DNA of 60,008 bases. Source: an uncultured Ignatzschineria sp. GTDB taxonomy: Bacteria; Pseudomonadota; Gammaproteobacteria; Cardiobacteriales; Wohlfahrtiimonadaceae. Location of the stretch: NCBI GenBank assembly GCA_964586665.1, contig CAZPIQ010000001.1, forward strand, positions 1-60,008, written 5' to 3'. The notes beneath the pieces are model-generated. The model ran no database searches, was not told the DNA's origin, and saw only the letters and a list, made by a program, of their open reading frames with translations. The position numbers and the translations under genes were made by a program. Positions 43,329 through 54,297 of this stretch are shown in pieces. Each line of letters starts with the position of its first letter. The stretch's first letter is position 1.

Positions 43329-43402
43329 CGTCGATCTCAATCATTGCCGGCGCGCCTTGAATCATCAAGTCATCGCTTCGCAGAAATCACGTATCAACCC
43401 TA

Positions 43403-43543
43403 TTTATGAAGTTGCTCCCTAAAACAGCTTCATGAATCAAAGAATCAGGATCCTCAGTCCCTGAATTCTCGCTTCAAAATATACAAACAACACACTCAAG
43501 ATGTATCCGAATCCCAAAAGCCTCGCTTCTGGGATTTTCTTTT
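43403..43543 (+). ncRNA. Candidate 3'-UTR structured RNA downstream of bfd
   Basis: Three successive hairpins with CU-rich loops; last one followed by a T-run. Confidence 0.35.
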
Positions 43544-43640
43544 GCCGGCAATATCTCAAATAACGAGCATCAAAAAAGCGAAGGCTCTTAAACCTTCGCT
43601 CTTCAATATTTCTTGCTAATAATTAGCCACTCATCAACCG

Positions 43641-44114
43641 TTACTTTTTATCAATTAACTGCTGTAAGTAAACTTCTAAACCGAGTAATTCGATTTTTTC
43701 GATCTCTGTTTCGAGCCAGTCAATATACTCTTCACACTCATCTAACATTGCTGAAAGAAGCTCGCGCGAAACATAATCCTGAACCTCTTCAAAATGCGTG
43801 ATCGCATCAACAAGCACAGTACGCTTTTGATATTCACGATCAAGATCACATTTTAAAATTTCAGGAACATCTTCACCGATGAGGAGTTTACCGAGTTCCT
43901 GAAGGTTTGGTAAACCTTCGAGAAGCAGGATACGCTCGATCAGATCATCTGATTCTTTCATATCCTGAATCGATTTTTTATAGATCGGATGACCTAAACC
44001 CTCAAATCCCCAATTCTTCAAGATACGCGCATGAAGAAAATATTGATTGATAGAGATAAGGTATTGCCCTAATACTTTGTTAAGATGCACTAATACTGTA
44101 CGTTCTATTTTCAT
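43641..44114 (-). CDS. bfrB: Bacterioferritin, heme-binding subunit (ferroxidase centre degenerate)
   Basis: INQYFLHARI, SIQDMKE (Met52 kept), ERILLLEGLPNLQ. Confidence 0.88.
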   Translation of the reverse strand: MKIERTVLVHLNKVLGQYLISINQYFLHARILKNWGFEGLGHPIYKKSIQDMKESDDLIERILLLEGLPNLQELGKLLIGEDVPEILKCDLDREYQKRTVLVDAITHFEEVQDYVSRELLSAMLDECEEYIDWLETEIEKIELLGLEVYLQQLIDKK

Positions 44115-44268
44115 CTTCTTAATTCCCTTATTGGCCTGTACTGGCCTGTACTAGCCTGAATCAGGCCTTTATCTGTTTATATTGATATTCAAACCTTATC
44201 CTATAGCAATTACTATTGCCGAACTTTAAATTCTAACGGATAAGGCTTGATCGTTCTAAACGACAAAC

Positions 44269-44736
44269 TTAGAGAAGTTCGTTTTGAAGATAGAGCGGAA
44301 GACCAATTGTTTTGATAAGACGAAGCTGTTTTTCAAGCCAATGCGCATGATCTTCTTCTGTATCTTTCAATTGCTCAACTAACATATCGCGGGTTACGTA
44401 ATCTTGTTTCTCTTCACAGAGCGCAACACCTTTTTTAAGTGCTTCACGAACAGAAAGCTCAAGATTTAAATCGCTCTGAAGCATCTCTTCAACCGTAGTA
44501 CCGATATGAATCTGATCTGGCACCATTTGTGGTGTACCTTCAAGCAGAAGGATACGTTGAATGATTAATTTTGCGTGAAGCGTTTCATCATCCATCTCAT
44601 GGAAGATACGCTCGAATAATTTTTTATAGCCCCACTCTTCATACATCGATGAGTGAATGAAATATTGATCTCTTGCTGCGAGTTCGCCTGCTAAAAGAAC
44701 GTTTAGATAATCGATAACTTCTTTATTCCCTTTCAT
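44269..44736 (-). CDS. bfrA: Bacterioferritin/FtnA-like catalytic subunit (no heme Met)
   Basis: [18 protein letters not shown] (Thr at position 52), [11 protein letters not shown]. Confidence 0.88.
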   Translation of the reverse strand: MKGNKEVIDYLNVLLAGELAARDQYFIHSSMYEEWGYKKLFERIFHEMDDETLHAKLIIQRILLLEGTPQMVPDQIHIGTTVEEMLQSDLNLELSVREALKKGVALCEEKQDYVTRDMLVEQLKDTEEDHAHWLEKQLRLIKTIGLPLYLQNELL

Positions 44737-45252
44737 TTTTCGTTTCCTTTGTAATTAAACATTTATTGAAATTGAATGAAACTTCTAAAACGCTTTTAAA
44801 AATGTTTTAGGAGAATGAATTAATTCATAATTGACTAGGTCATTATAACAACTATTTCAGCCTTTACGAATTGAGATTAATTACTTCAATCAATAACTTA
44901 CAAACAGAAACGATTCCCAAACAATGATGATTCATGATCCATTAATAAAATAGACTTTTCTCTATTCTTTCAGAGAGTTACGGATAAAACTGATTGATAG
45001 ATGACAATCTTTGCTAAATCAGATGCACTCTTTTCTCATAAAAACGCCTATAATTTATACGATATTAAAATTTACAATCCCTAAAAGGACTCACTCATTC
45101 AGCTACGATAACCTTTTAAGGTTTTCGCTAAATCTTGGAGATTTAAGGAGAAAAGGGTATCATCCTTCATGGATTCATGTTGATACCACTTTTGGAAGAG
45201 ACTGCAATCCACACATGATTAGATCAATGATTCATTAACTTGGGATTTTTAT

Positions 45253-47466
45253 ATGCGTCAATACGAAGGTGTCAAACCGCTCTTCTCTTATCGTAAATAT
45301 TGGGCTCATCGCTTTGGTGTTGCGCCGTTCCTACCTACCACTCGCGAAGAGATGGACCTTCTTGGCTGGGATAGTTGCGATATTATCTTTGTAACCGGCG
45401 ATAGTTATATCGATCATCCGAGTTTCGGAACCGCTATTTTAGGGCGAGTACTCGAAGCGCAAGGATTTCGTGTCGGCGTGATCTCTCAACCGAATTGGCG
45501 CTCACTGGAAGATTTTGAAAAACTTGGGCAACCGAATCTCTATTTTGCGGTCAATGCCGGCAATATGGACTCAATGGTTAATCACTACACTGCGGATCGT
45601 AAAGTGCGCCGTAATGATGCTTATACCGCCGGCGATGTGAATGGTAAACGTCCTGATCGAGCTGTGATTGTCTATACGCAAAAACTCAGAGAAGCTTTTA
45701 AAGAGACGCCGATTGTCATTGGCGGAATTGAAGCCTCCCTTCGCCGCGTCGCGCATTATGACTATTGGTCTGAAACAATTCGAAGATCAGTACTCATTGA
45801 TAGTGCAGCCGATATGCTTCTCTTTGGCAATGGCGAGCGCTCGATTACAGAACTCAGTCATCGACTGGCCAATGGCGAAACCATCGACCAAATTACGGAT
45901 ATTCGTGGTTCATCGATTATTCGCCCACATGGCAAGCATCATTTTGATCGCCATGAACTTGATTCGACCCATTTTGATCATGTAGGCAAAATTGACCCAT
46001 ATATCAATCCTTATGGCACAGCCACGAATTCCCGCGAGGAAAATGCGACGATTTGTGATACTAACGTTGCACTCGAAGCGCCGACAGAAGAACAGGCAAA
46101 ATCGACGCTGAAAAGCGAGAATATCAGCCGAACCGATCTTACAATTCGCTTACCAAGCTTTGAAGATGTGAATGAAACAGCAACGCTCTATGCCCATGCT
46201 AGCCGAATCCTCCATCTTGAAACGAATCCCTTTAATGCCCGCCCCATGGTCCAACAGCATGGCGATTTGGATGTTTGGATTAATCCACCCCCCTTCCCGC
46301 TCTCAACAAAAGAGATGGATGCCGTTTATGCTCTGCCTTTTGAACGCGCGCCGCATCCTAGTTATGGCGATGCCCATATTCCAGCATGGGAGATGATTAA
46401 ACACTCTGTCAGCATTATGCGTGGTTGCTTTGGTGGTTGTACTTTCTGCTCGATTACAGAACATGAAGGCCGTATTATTCAGAGCCGCTCCGAAGAATCG
46501 ATCTTAGCGGAAGTCGAAGAGATTCGCGATCGTGATCCGACCTTTAAAGGCTATATCTCAGATCTTGGCGGACCAACTGCCAATATGTATCGCCTAGCCT
46601 GTAAAGATCCTAATATTGAGAAACATTGCCGGAAGCTCTCTTGTGTCTATCCCGGCATTTGTCAAAATCTGAATACTGACCATAAGCCCCTCATCAATCT
46701 CTACAAAAAAGCACGAGAGATTGAGGGTATTAAACGCATTCATATCGCTTCCGGCGTTCGTTATGACTTAGCCGCGCAAGATCCTGAATATATCAAGGAG
46801 CTTGTCACGCATCATGTGGGTGGATATCTCAAAATTGCGCCAGAGCATACGGAAGAAGGCCCACTTTCCAAAATGATGAAGCCTTCTATGAAAGCTTACG
46901 AAGAGTTCAAAACGCTTTTTGAAAAGTACTCTAAAGAAGCCGGCAAAGAGCAATATCTCATTCCCTACTTTATTGCCGCACATCCCGGCACTACCGATGA
47001 AGATATGTTAAACCTTGCGCTTTGGCTGAAAAAACATGATCTACGCGCAGATCAAGTCCAAGCCTTTATGCCAACGCCAATGTCTGTTGCAACCGCGATG
47101 TACTATTCAGAGCGTAACCCGCTCAAGCCGATTCGTAAAAACTCAGAGCAAGTTGGCACAGCGAAGAGCCTTAAACGCCGGCAATTGCATAAAGCATTCC
47201 TACGTTACCATGATCCGAACAACTGGCCACTTTTACGTCAAGAACTTCGTTATATGGGAAGAGCAGACTTAATTGGACCAGACAAAGAGTGCCTCATCCC
47301 CGGCGAAAGCAGACGTGAGCGCGATAACCGCGGTAGAACGCAAAATAGTCCTAAAGGCCATCGCTTTACGACTAATCACCAAGGGATTCCTAGAACACGA
47401 AAATCAAGCGCCTCAAGCAATACGAACAACTCAAAACCGAGCCAACGTAATAACCGCAGTAAATAG
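45253..47466 (+). CDS. ygiQ: YgiQ family radical SAM protein (UPF0313)
   Basis: [21 protein letters not shown] (CxxxCxxC), [10 protein letters not shown]. Confidence 0.93.
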   Translation: MRQYEGVKPLFSYRKYWAHRFGVAPFLPTTREEMDLLGWDSCDIIFVTGDSYIDHPSFGTAILGRVLEAQGFRVGVISQPNWRSLEDFEKLGQPNLYFAVNAGNMDSMVNHYTADRKVRRNDAYTAGDVNGKRPDRAVIVYTQKLREAFKETPIVIGGIEASLRRVAHYDYWSETIRRSVLIDSAADMLLFGNGERSITELSHRLANGETIDQITDIRGSSIIRPHGKHHFDRHELDSTHFDHVGKIDPYINPYGTATNSREENATICDTNVALEAPTEEQAKSTLKSENISRTDLTIRLPSFEDVNETATLYAHASRILHLETNPFNARPMVQQHGDLDVWINPPPFPLSTKEMDAVYALPFERAPHPSYGDAHIPAWEMIKHSVSIMRGCFGGCTFCSITEHEGRIIQSRSEESILAEVEEIRDRDPTFKGYISDLGGPTANMYRLACKDPNIEKHCRKLSCVYPGICQNLNTDHKPLINLYKKAREIEGIKRIHIASGVRYDLAAQDPEYIKELVTHHVGGYLKIAPEHTEEGPLSKMMKPSMKAYEEFKTLFEKYSKEAGKEQYLIPYFIAAHPGTTDEDMLNLALWLKKHDLRADQVQAFMPTPMSVATAMYYSERNPLKPIRKNSEQVGTAKSLKRRQLHKAFLRYHDPNNWPLLRQELRYMGRADLIGPDKECLIPGESRRERDNRGRTQNSPKGHRFTTNHQGIPRTRKSSASSNTNNSKPSQRNNRSK

Positions 47467-47497
47467 GTATGAGCGTCCTATAATATCTAGGACACAT

Positions 47498-47541
47498 AAA
47501 AGCCCTTAGAATTATCAATAAACATCAATTCTAAGGGCTTT
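47498..47541. terminator. Terminator between ygiQ and yegP
   Basis: AAAGCCCTTAGAATT...AATTCTAAGGGCTTT. Confidence 0.7.
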
Positions 47542-47603
47542 GTACTGTTTTAAATGATCATTTTAAAGAGAAGTAGAACTCTCCCCTTTTAATCCTTAAT
47601 CAC

Positions 47604-47945
47604 TTATGCTTCTTCTGTTAAATCAACGATTTTTGCATCAGGTGCATTCTTAGCGACAGATGCAATGCCGTTATCACGGCCCGATTCTGTTTTATAGCTT
47701 TGGCTAGTACCAATCACTTGATGGTTTGCCGCTTTTAAGTTAAATGAGAAATTGCCGGCATCTGAAGTTTTCTTTTCATAACGATTCATATCTGCGGCAT
47801 TTTTCAGTACAGAAGCAATACCATTGTGGCAACTTGCTTTAGTTTTGTAGCCTTCGCTACCTAAAATATTCTCTCCATTCCCTGCTTTCAAACGGAAATA
47901 GAATTCATTATTTTTTGCTAAAAAGATCTCAAATTTACCACTCAT
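47604..47945 (-). CDS. yegP: YegP family protein (tandem DUF1508)
   Basis: FRLKAGNGENILGSEGY / FNLKAANHQVIGTSQSY repeats. Confidence 0.9.
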   Translation of the reverse strand: MSGKFEIFLAKNNEFYFRLKAGNGENILGSEGYKTKASCHNGIASVLKNAADMNRYEKKTSDAGNFSFNLKAANHQVIGTSQSYKTESGRDNGIASVAKNAPDAKIVDLTEEA

Positions 47946-48215
47946 AGGATTCTCCTAAATTTATTGGGTTATTCCATCGGACTCATTGACGTTATAATTA
48001 AGGATAAGTCACTCACCGATAACATATCAATAATTGTAAATTGATCATGTGGTTATTTCAAACCTTTTCATCATTTTATGGTCATATTAAAGAAGATAAT
48101 CAATTGTTATAATTGAAATTCGTTATGAAGTTGATTGTTCAGTTAATTATTCAAAATATAAAAAAAGCACCTAAAATATTTAGGCGCTTCCGTGATCTAG
48201 GTAAATCTGTAAGGA

Positions 48216-49340
48216 CTAAAGCGATTCTTCACGCTCTAAAAGAATATTGAGCATTCTGCGAAGTGGCTCTGCTGCGCCCCAGAGAAGCTGATCGCCCACT
48301 GTGAAGGCATTTAAGAATTGAGGTCCCATATTCATCTTACGAAGACGACCAACAGGAATCGTCATTGTGCCTGAAGTTGCCGCCGGCGTTAATTCTTGCA
48401 TCGTGATTTCACGATGATTCGGCACCACTTTTACCCAACGATTACTCTCTTTAATCATCGCTTCGATATCCGCAAGTGGTACATCTTTTGTGAGTTTTAG
48501 CGTTAAGCCTTGTGAGTGACAACGCATCGCACCTACACGCACACAAGTTCCATCGATCGGCACATGTTTATCAAGCTGAAGGAGTTTATTGCTCTCAGCC
48601 ATTGCTTTCCACTCTTCACGGCTCTGACCATTTTCAAGTTCAGTATCGATCCATGGAATTAAGCTTCCCGCAAGTGGTACGCCGAAACGTGTTTTAGGAT
48701 ATTGATCTGTTGAGAATGAATCTGTAATCATCTGATCAATCTCTAAGATACTCTTCGCAGGATTATAGAGATCGGCATTCACTAAACCATGAATCGCGCC
48801 CATCTGCTCTAAGAGCTCTTTCATATTTTGTGCGCCAGCACCTGATGCCGATTGATAGGTCATCGATGTTGCCCACTCAACAAGCCCTTCTTTAAAGAGT
48901 GAACCGAGCGCCATGAGCATAAGGCTCACTGTACAGTTTCCACCGATAAAGTTTTTGACCCCTTTTTCAATACTCCTATCAATAATATCGCGGTTGACAG
49001 GATCTAAAATAATCATCGCATCATCATTCATACGAAGCGAAGAAGCAGCATCAATCCAGTAGCCTGTCCAACCTGTTTCACGCAGTTTTGTAAAAACGGA
49101 AGAGGTATAATCCCCACCTTGACAGCTGATAATAATGTCTTGCCCAGTTAATGCTTCGATATCAAATGCATCGACAAGCGCAGATTCATAACTTCCTGTT
49201 ACTTTCGGCGCATCACCGCCCGCATTTGAGGTTGAGAAAAAGGTCGTATGGATGCCATTAAAATCATTCTCTGCTTGCATGCGCTCCATTAATACGGAAC
49301 CAACCATCCCGCGCCAACCTACTAAACCCAACTTTTTCAT
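48216..49340 (-). CDS. asd: Aspartate-semialdehyde dehydrogenase
   Basis: [38 protein letters not shown]. Confidence 0.96.
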   Translation of the reverse strand: MKKLGLVGWRGMVGSVLMERMQAENDFNGIHTTFFSTSNAGGDAPKVTGSYESALVDAFDIEALTGQDIIISCQGGDYTSSVFTKLRETGWTGYWIDAASSLRMNDDAMIILDPVNRDIIDRSIEKGVKNFIGGNCTVSLMLMALGSLFKEGLVEWATSMTYQSASGAGAQNMKELLEQMGAIHGLVNADLYNPAKSILEIDQMITDSFSTDQYPKTRFGVPLAGSLIPWIDTELENGQSREEWKAMAESNKLLQLDKHVPIDGTCVRVGAMRCHSQGLTLKLTKDVPLADIEAMIKESNRWVKVVPNHREITMQELTPAATSGTMTIPVGRLRKMNMGPQFLNAFTVGDQLLWGAAEPLRRMLNILLEREESL

Positions 49341-49534
49341 GATGTGAACCCTTTTAATATTTTCAATATAAATAGAAGTTAAGACAACTATAATTAAGAT
49401 CAACCCACTCATCACTTATAGCGATCAATGGGGTATGATCTTGTAAACTTTCATTAAAAAATAACTTAACAATAATAATTTGTTAATAATTTAACGATAA
49501 TGATTTTTTATACGCTTGGTACGTTTTATATGCT

Positions 49535-50605
49535 TTATGCTTGAAGCGCCGCTAACACCGCATCGCCCATCGCAATACAACCAATCACTTTCTCATCTTT
49601 TTGCGCGATATCTTTCGTACGATAACCTTGGCTTAATACTTTCTTCACAGCATTTTCAATCTCATCTGCGATATCGTTTCGTCCAAAGGTATAACGGAAC
49701 ATCATGGATACTGAGAGAATCGTTGCAAGTGGATTGGCGATATCTTTGCCGGCAATATCCGGTGCTGAACCATGAATTGGCTCAAACAGACCTTTGTTAT
49801 TCTCATCAAGTGATGCTGATGGCAACATACCGATCGAACCTGTCAGCATTGATGCCTCATCCGATAAGATATCCCCAAAGATATTTCCGGTTAACATCAC
49901 ATCAAACTGCTTAGGCGCACGAACAAGTTGCATTGCGGCGTTATCAACTAAAAGATGCGATAACTCAACATCAGGATATTCAGCCGCCACTTCTGTCACA
50001 ACATCACGCCATAATTGGGTCGCTTCCAATACGTTCATCTTATCGATTGAACAGAGGCGCTTATTACGTTTTTGTGCTGCTTGGAAAGCTACATGTGCAA
50101 TACGTCTAATCTCTGACTCTGAATAGATCATCGTGTTAAAACCAACACGCTCACCATTACGCTCTTCAATGCCACGTGGTTGACCAAAGTAAATATCGCC
50201 CGTTAATTCACGAACAATCATAATATCAAGACCGGCAACAAGCTCATCTTTAAGGCTTGAAGCATGTGCGAGTTCTTTAAATACCTGTGCTGGGCGAAGA
50301 TTGGCAAAGAGATTAAGCTCTTTACGAATCGCGAGTAAACCTTGCTCTGGGCGAATATTTCGCGGTAACGCATCATATTTAGGACCTCCCACAGAACCGA
50401 GAAGAATCGCATCAGCAGCTTTTGCCTTCTCTAGGGTTTCAGCAGGAAATGGACTTCCCGTTTCATCAACAGCAATACCACCAATCAGTGCACGATCAAC
50501 CGAGATATTGAGTGAATGCTTATCAGCCACAAAGTTTAAAACTTTTTCTGCTTGACCCACAATCTCAGGACCAATGCCGTCCCCTGCTAAAATTAATACT
50601 TTCAT
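49535..50605 (-). CDS. leuB: 3-isopropylmalate dehydrogenase
   Basis: [30 protein letters not shown]. Confidence 0.96.
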   Translation of the reverse strand: MKVLILAGDGIGPEIVGQAEKVLNFVADKHSLNISVDRALIGGIAVDETGSPFPAETLEKAKAADAILLGSVGGPKYDALPRNIRPEQGLLAIRKELNLFANLRPAQVFKELAHASSLKDELVAGLDIMIVRELTGDIYFGQPRGIEERNGERVGFNTMIYSESEIRRIAHVAFQAAQKRNKRLCSIDKMNVLEATQLWRDVVTEVAAEYPDVELSHLLVDNAAMQLVRAPKQFDVMLTGNIFGDILSDEASMLTGSIGMLPSASLDENNKGLFEPIHGSAPDIAGKDIANPLATILSVSMMFRYTFGRNDIADEIENAVKKVLSQGYRTKDIAQKDEKVIGCIAMGDAVLAALQA

Positions 50606-50901
50606 CTTAAAACCTTCTCCAAATCACAAGATTATTATTTATCATTATGAAGCGCGACAAGCGCTCTCTCCTGTGCATGATACCCACTATTAGCAGTAAA
50701 CTTTCATATGTTCCAGAACCCCTATTCACCTATTCATCGTGAATGAAAGGATTCATCAACAAAATATCTTACTGTAATAGTATGCACTCTCTTCAATATA
50801 CGAGATCGCTCGAAAAAATCATAGTCACAAGTGATTAATTTGTTAACAAAACTAGGCTTTTAAATTAAAAGTCAAAAAATGACATTCACGCCATGCCATT
50901 T

Positions 50902-52098
50902 TTATGATCTTTTTTTCTTTCTAAAAAAGCCATAAAAAACGAATCCTAGTAGACACGCATTGATCAGATACCCGATGAAAACAGTATCATAAGTGCCCGT
51001 TAAATCGTAAAGAAGCCCTAACAATGTCGGAATAAATGCGGCAAAACAGTAACCACCAAAGAGCATCATCGCAGTCCAGCTTGCAACCGCATTCCCATCA
51101 TCAACTTCATTAAACGGTAGCATCATCGTAATTGCGAAAAGCCCTGAACTCACTAAAATACCCAATATACCTACCGTTATATAGAGAAGTACTAGATTAT
51201 TACTCCCAAAAAGCAGAATCATCACGCAGATAATGGTCACTAAAATGGCGCTGAGGCTCGTGGTACGAAGCCCAATACGGATCACTAAAATAGGGATTAA
51301 GAACCCGCCAATAATGCCATTCATGATCGCTAGATTTAATAGCGTATTTGCATGAAACAGATCAATTCCCTTCTCAATTAAAAATGGCAATAACCATGCA
51401 ACATTCGTATAGAAAAGTCCTGATTGAAGACCAAAGCAAATGACTAACATCCAAGCTCTTGGTTGATTCCATGGCATCTTTGCTCTTGGTGCGCTTTGAC
51501 TCACTTTATCCGTGCTTTTAAAGAGATAAAAAGCTGCCCAAATGCCGGAAACCACCAATACAGGAATTGCCCAAAATAGAAGTGTTGATGCCCAAGCCCA
51601 ACCTAAAGAGTGATTTAAGATCGAGCTACTCATGGTGCCTAATACACCACTAATACTAATGCCTAGCGTGTAGAAAATCATCCCGACATTACTGCGCTTT
51701 TTAAAATAATGTTTCACATAGCCTGATAACAGAGGCCCAGCAATCGCAATCCCAATACCCATTAAAAATGAGGAGATAAAGAGGAGCGTTGTATCCTCAA
51801 AATAACTTCGCGTAATCGTCGAGAGTCCAATTAGGAAAAGGCTTACCGTAATCACTCGTTCCATGCCAAAGCGATGACTCAACGGAGAGGCTGCGAGCGC
51901 AAACACACCCATACAAATAATAGGAATCGTCACTAGAAAACTGACTACAGCGCTCGATAGTGATAGCTGATCCGCAATATCATTCATCACAGGCCCAAGA
52001 GAAGTCAATGTTACGCGCAGAGAAGCTGCGGCTAAAAACACCAACCAAAAACAGGCGATTGGTACTTTATAATCTTTTGCGGAAATAGGGTTTGTCAT
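50902..52098 (-). CDS. MFS transporter, CynX/NimT family
   Basis: SLR...LGPV, TIP...GVFA, FGLQS, GYCFAA; about 12 TM. Confidence 0.82.
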   Translation of the reverse strand: MTNPISAKDYKVPIACFWLVFLAAASLRVTLTSLGPVMNDIADQLSLSSAVVSFLVTIPIICMGVFALAASPLSHRFGMERVITVSLFLIGLSTITRSYFEDTTLLFISSFLMGIGIAIAGPLLSGYVKHYFKKRSNVGMIFYTLGISISGVLGTMSSSILNHSLGWAWASTLLFWAIPVLVVSGIWAAFYLFKSTDKVSQSAPRAKMPWNQPRAWMLVICFGLQSGLFYTNVAWLLPFLIEKGIDLFHANTLLNLAIMNGIIGGFLIPILVIRIGLRTTSLSAILVTIICVMILLFGSNNLVLLYITVGILGILVSSGLFAITMMLPFNEVDDGNAVASWTAMMLFGGYCFAAFIPTLLGLLYDLTGTYDTVFIGYLINACLLGFVFYGFFRKKKRS

Positions 52099-52255
52099 GA
52101 TAATTTTACTCTTTATTGCGAATACACGAATGTACGAATGCATTTACAGCAATGATCTTACGCTTCGAATACAATAACACTCATCGAAACCAAAAGGCAT
52201 AATAAAACCGCTTAAATCCTCACTAACAAGACTTAAGCGGTTTATCCATAATCTC

Positions 52256-52306
52256 AAAAAGCAGTTTATAAAAAACGGTTTATAAAAAGCAATTTATAAA
52301 AACAAT
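52256..52306. repeat. 14-bp degenerate tandem repeat AAAAAGCAGTTTAT x3
   Basis: Read directly. Confidence 0.75.
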
Positions 52307-52373
52307 GACATGATGATGACCATTCAATCAGCATTGCTGTCGATAACTCAATCGGTCATCATTACATTGAGTC

Positions 52374-52829
52374 TTAGTTTCGGCCAGTATGACCAAAACC
52401 ACCTTCACCGCGCTCTGAAGCTTCGAACTCTTCCACTTGATTAAAGGCTGCTTGAATTACAGGTACGATAATCATCTGCGCCATTCTCTCACCGACTTTC
52501 AGTGTGAAATCTTCTTGGCTACGATTCCAGAGCGATACCATCAATTCACCTTGATAATCCGCATCGATTAAACCAACTAAGTTACCGAGCACAATCCCGT
52601 GTTTAACCCCTAAACCTGAACGCGGTAAAATCATTGCCGCATAACGAGGATCTTTAAGGTAGATCGCGATCCCTGTTTTTACAAAAGCACTCTCGCCTGC
52701 TTTAATCACAATATCTTCCGTAAGCATTGCACGAAGATCAAGCCCTGCTGATCCTTCTGTGGCATAGCTTGGAAGTGGAAACTCATTACCGAGGCGGTTA
52801 TCTAATACTTTAAAATCTACATTTAACAT
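52374..52829 (-). CDS. dut: dUTP diphosphatase
   Basis: [30 protein letters not shown]. Confidence 0.97.
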   Translation of the reverse strand: MLNVDFKVLDNRLGNEFPLPSYATEGSAGLDLRAMLTEDIVIKAGESAFVKTGIAIYLKDPRYAAMILPRSGLGVKHGIVLGNLVGLIDADYQGELMVSLWNRSQEDFTLKVGERMAQMIIVPVIQAAFNQVEEFEASERGEGGFGHTGRN

Positions 52830-53052
52830 CTTTTACTTCTCTCTAATGTGTGAGCTTATCAGCATTTATATCACAAGATCGATATAGAGGCTCGTTGCGA
52901 AAGGCCTTTATACCTTAAGTTGATCAAAAACACTGAACAATAAATAAGCTCATCCCTTTTAAATATTCTCAACTCATATAATAGAGGAGATTTCCTAAAA
53001 AGGAGGAGCTTAGCGTTTGATCTTTTTGAGATCTAAACAGAACAGATCGCGA

Positions 53053-54015
53053 TTAGAGCTTCACTGGGCGACGTGCGTTTAAACGATCGTAGTAGTATTT
53101 ATCTAAGATCGTTGTCGGCATCTCATATTGACGCACAGACTCATAACTTGCTGGGGTTAAGCCTAATACTTCGAAATCATTTTTATCAGTCACTGAGGCT
53201 GTTTTAGCTGACTTAAGTTGATTGCGATTATATGGGAAGCGTGGCATAAAGCCGATAAAGAACGCCATTAATCCTGCGATAAAGCCAGGCATACCGATAA
53301 TGGTACGTTTTTTCGGCGTAATTTCTTTAGCGATTTTCTTCGCCATCTCTTTTAAGGTATATACTTCAGGACCTGCGAGTTCAAATTGTGCTTGCTCATA
53401 ATTATTCTCAAGCAAGTTTTGAACCGCTGATAAGATATCATTCACAAATACAGGTTGTACTTTTGCACTTGCCATCGGCAATGCGAGAATCGGTGAGTGA
53501 CGAATCCAACGAGCGAGATTATAAGTAAAACGATCTTCATAACCGATTACAAGCGAAGGTGCAATGATTTCAACTTTCATCTTGCCATTTTGCGCAAGTT
53601 CTAAAAGTGCCTTATCCCCTTCTGCTTTTGTTGAGAAGAATGTACCAGGGCTATTCGTTTTAGCACCGAGCGCACTAAAGTGAATCATCTTTTTAACATT
53701 GAGCGAATTGGCAATCTTATAAATAGTTGTCGGATATTCAACGTGTGCTTTCGTTGCACGACGACGGTTATTATCCCAAGTCCCAACCATATTGATCACG
53801 AACTCTGATCCTGCCATGTGCTCTCTAATCAATGCTTCATCTTCAAGTTTACACTCGTCAATAAACTCAACATGAGACATGCATGATGCATCATTTTGCA
53901 CATTACGATCACGAGAAAAAACAGTTACACGGTAACCATTTTTCGCTAATGCGGTAGTTAAAAGAGAGCCAATAAAGCCCGTTCCGCCAAAGATACTCAC
54001 TTTTTTCCTATTCAT
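53053..54015 (-). CDS. Atypical SDR, complex I NDUFA9-like NAD-dependent epimerase family
   Basis: GGTGFIG, HFSALGA, QPVFVND, ELAGPEVYT. Confidence 0.8.
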   Translation of the reverse strand: MNRKKVSIFGGTGFIGSLLTTALAKNGYRVTVFSRDRNVQNDASCMSHVEFIDECKLEDEALIREHMAGSEFVINMVGTWDNNRRRATKAHVEYPTTIYKIANSLNVKKMIHFSALGAKTNSPGTFFSTKAEGDKALLELAQNGKMKVEIIAPSLVIGYEDRFTYNLARWIRHSPILALPMASAKVQPVFVNDILSAVQNLLENNYEQAQFELAGPEVYTLKEMAKKIAKEITPKKRTIIGMPGFIAGLMAFFIGFMPRFPYNRNQLKSAKTASVTDKNDFEVLGLTPASYESVRQYEMPTTILDKYYYDRLNARRPVKL

Positions 54016-54297
54016 TTCTGCTCCTGAATATATTGTAAACAGTTATCCGTTTAGTATATCAAAATAAAATAAGAACTACGGTCTAAATTGCAAAAGAATC
54101 TGTCATTAATGCGCCTATATCATTTAAAATGAATTCAAACCGCTATTTTGCTTAATTAATGAACGAAATAGAGCGCAATATCTAAATAGTGGCATTATTT
54201 CAGGTAAAATATCGTTATTAAAATTATTACAATTGTTTCGACCTATGCGGTATCTCACAATAATACCTATCAATAGATCGATCTAAAGGACAAGTAG

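Noticed and set aside
49396-49442. Long hairpin upstream of asd as lysine riboswitch
   Set aside because: Too short and lacks L-box motifs; more likely a terminator or stability hairpin
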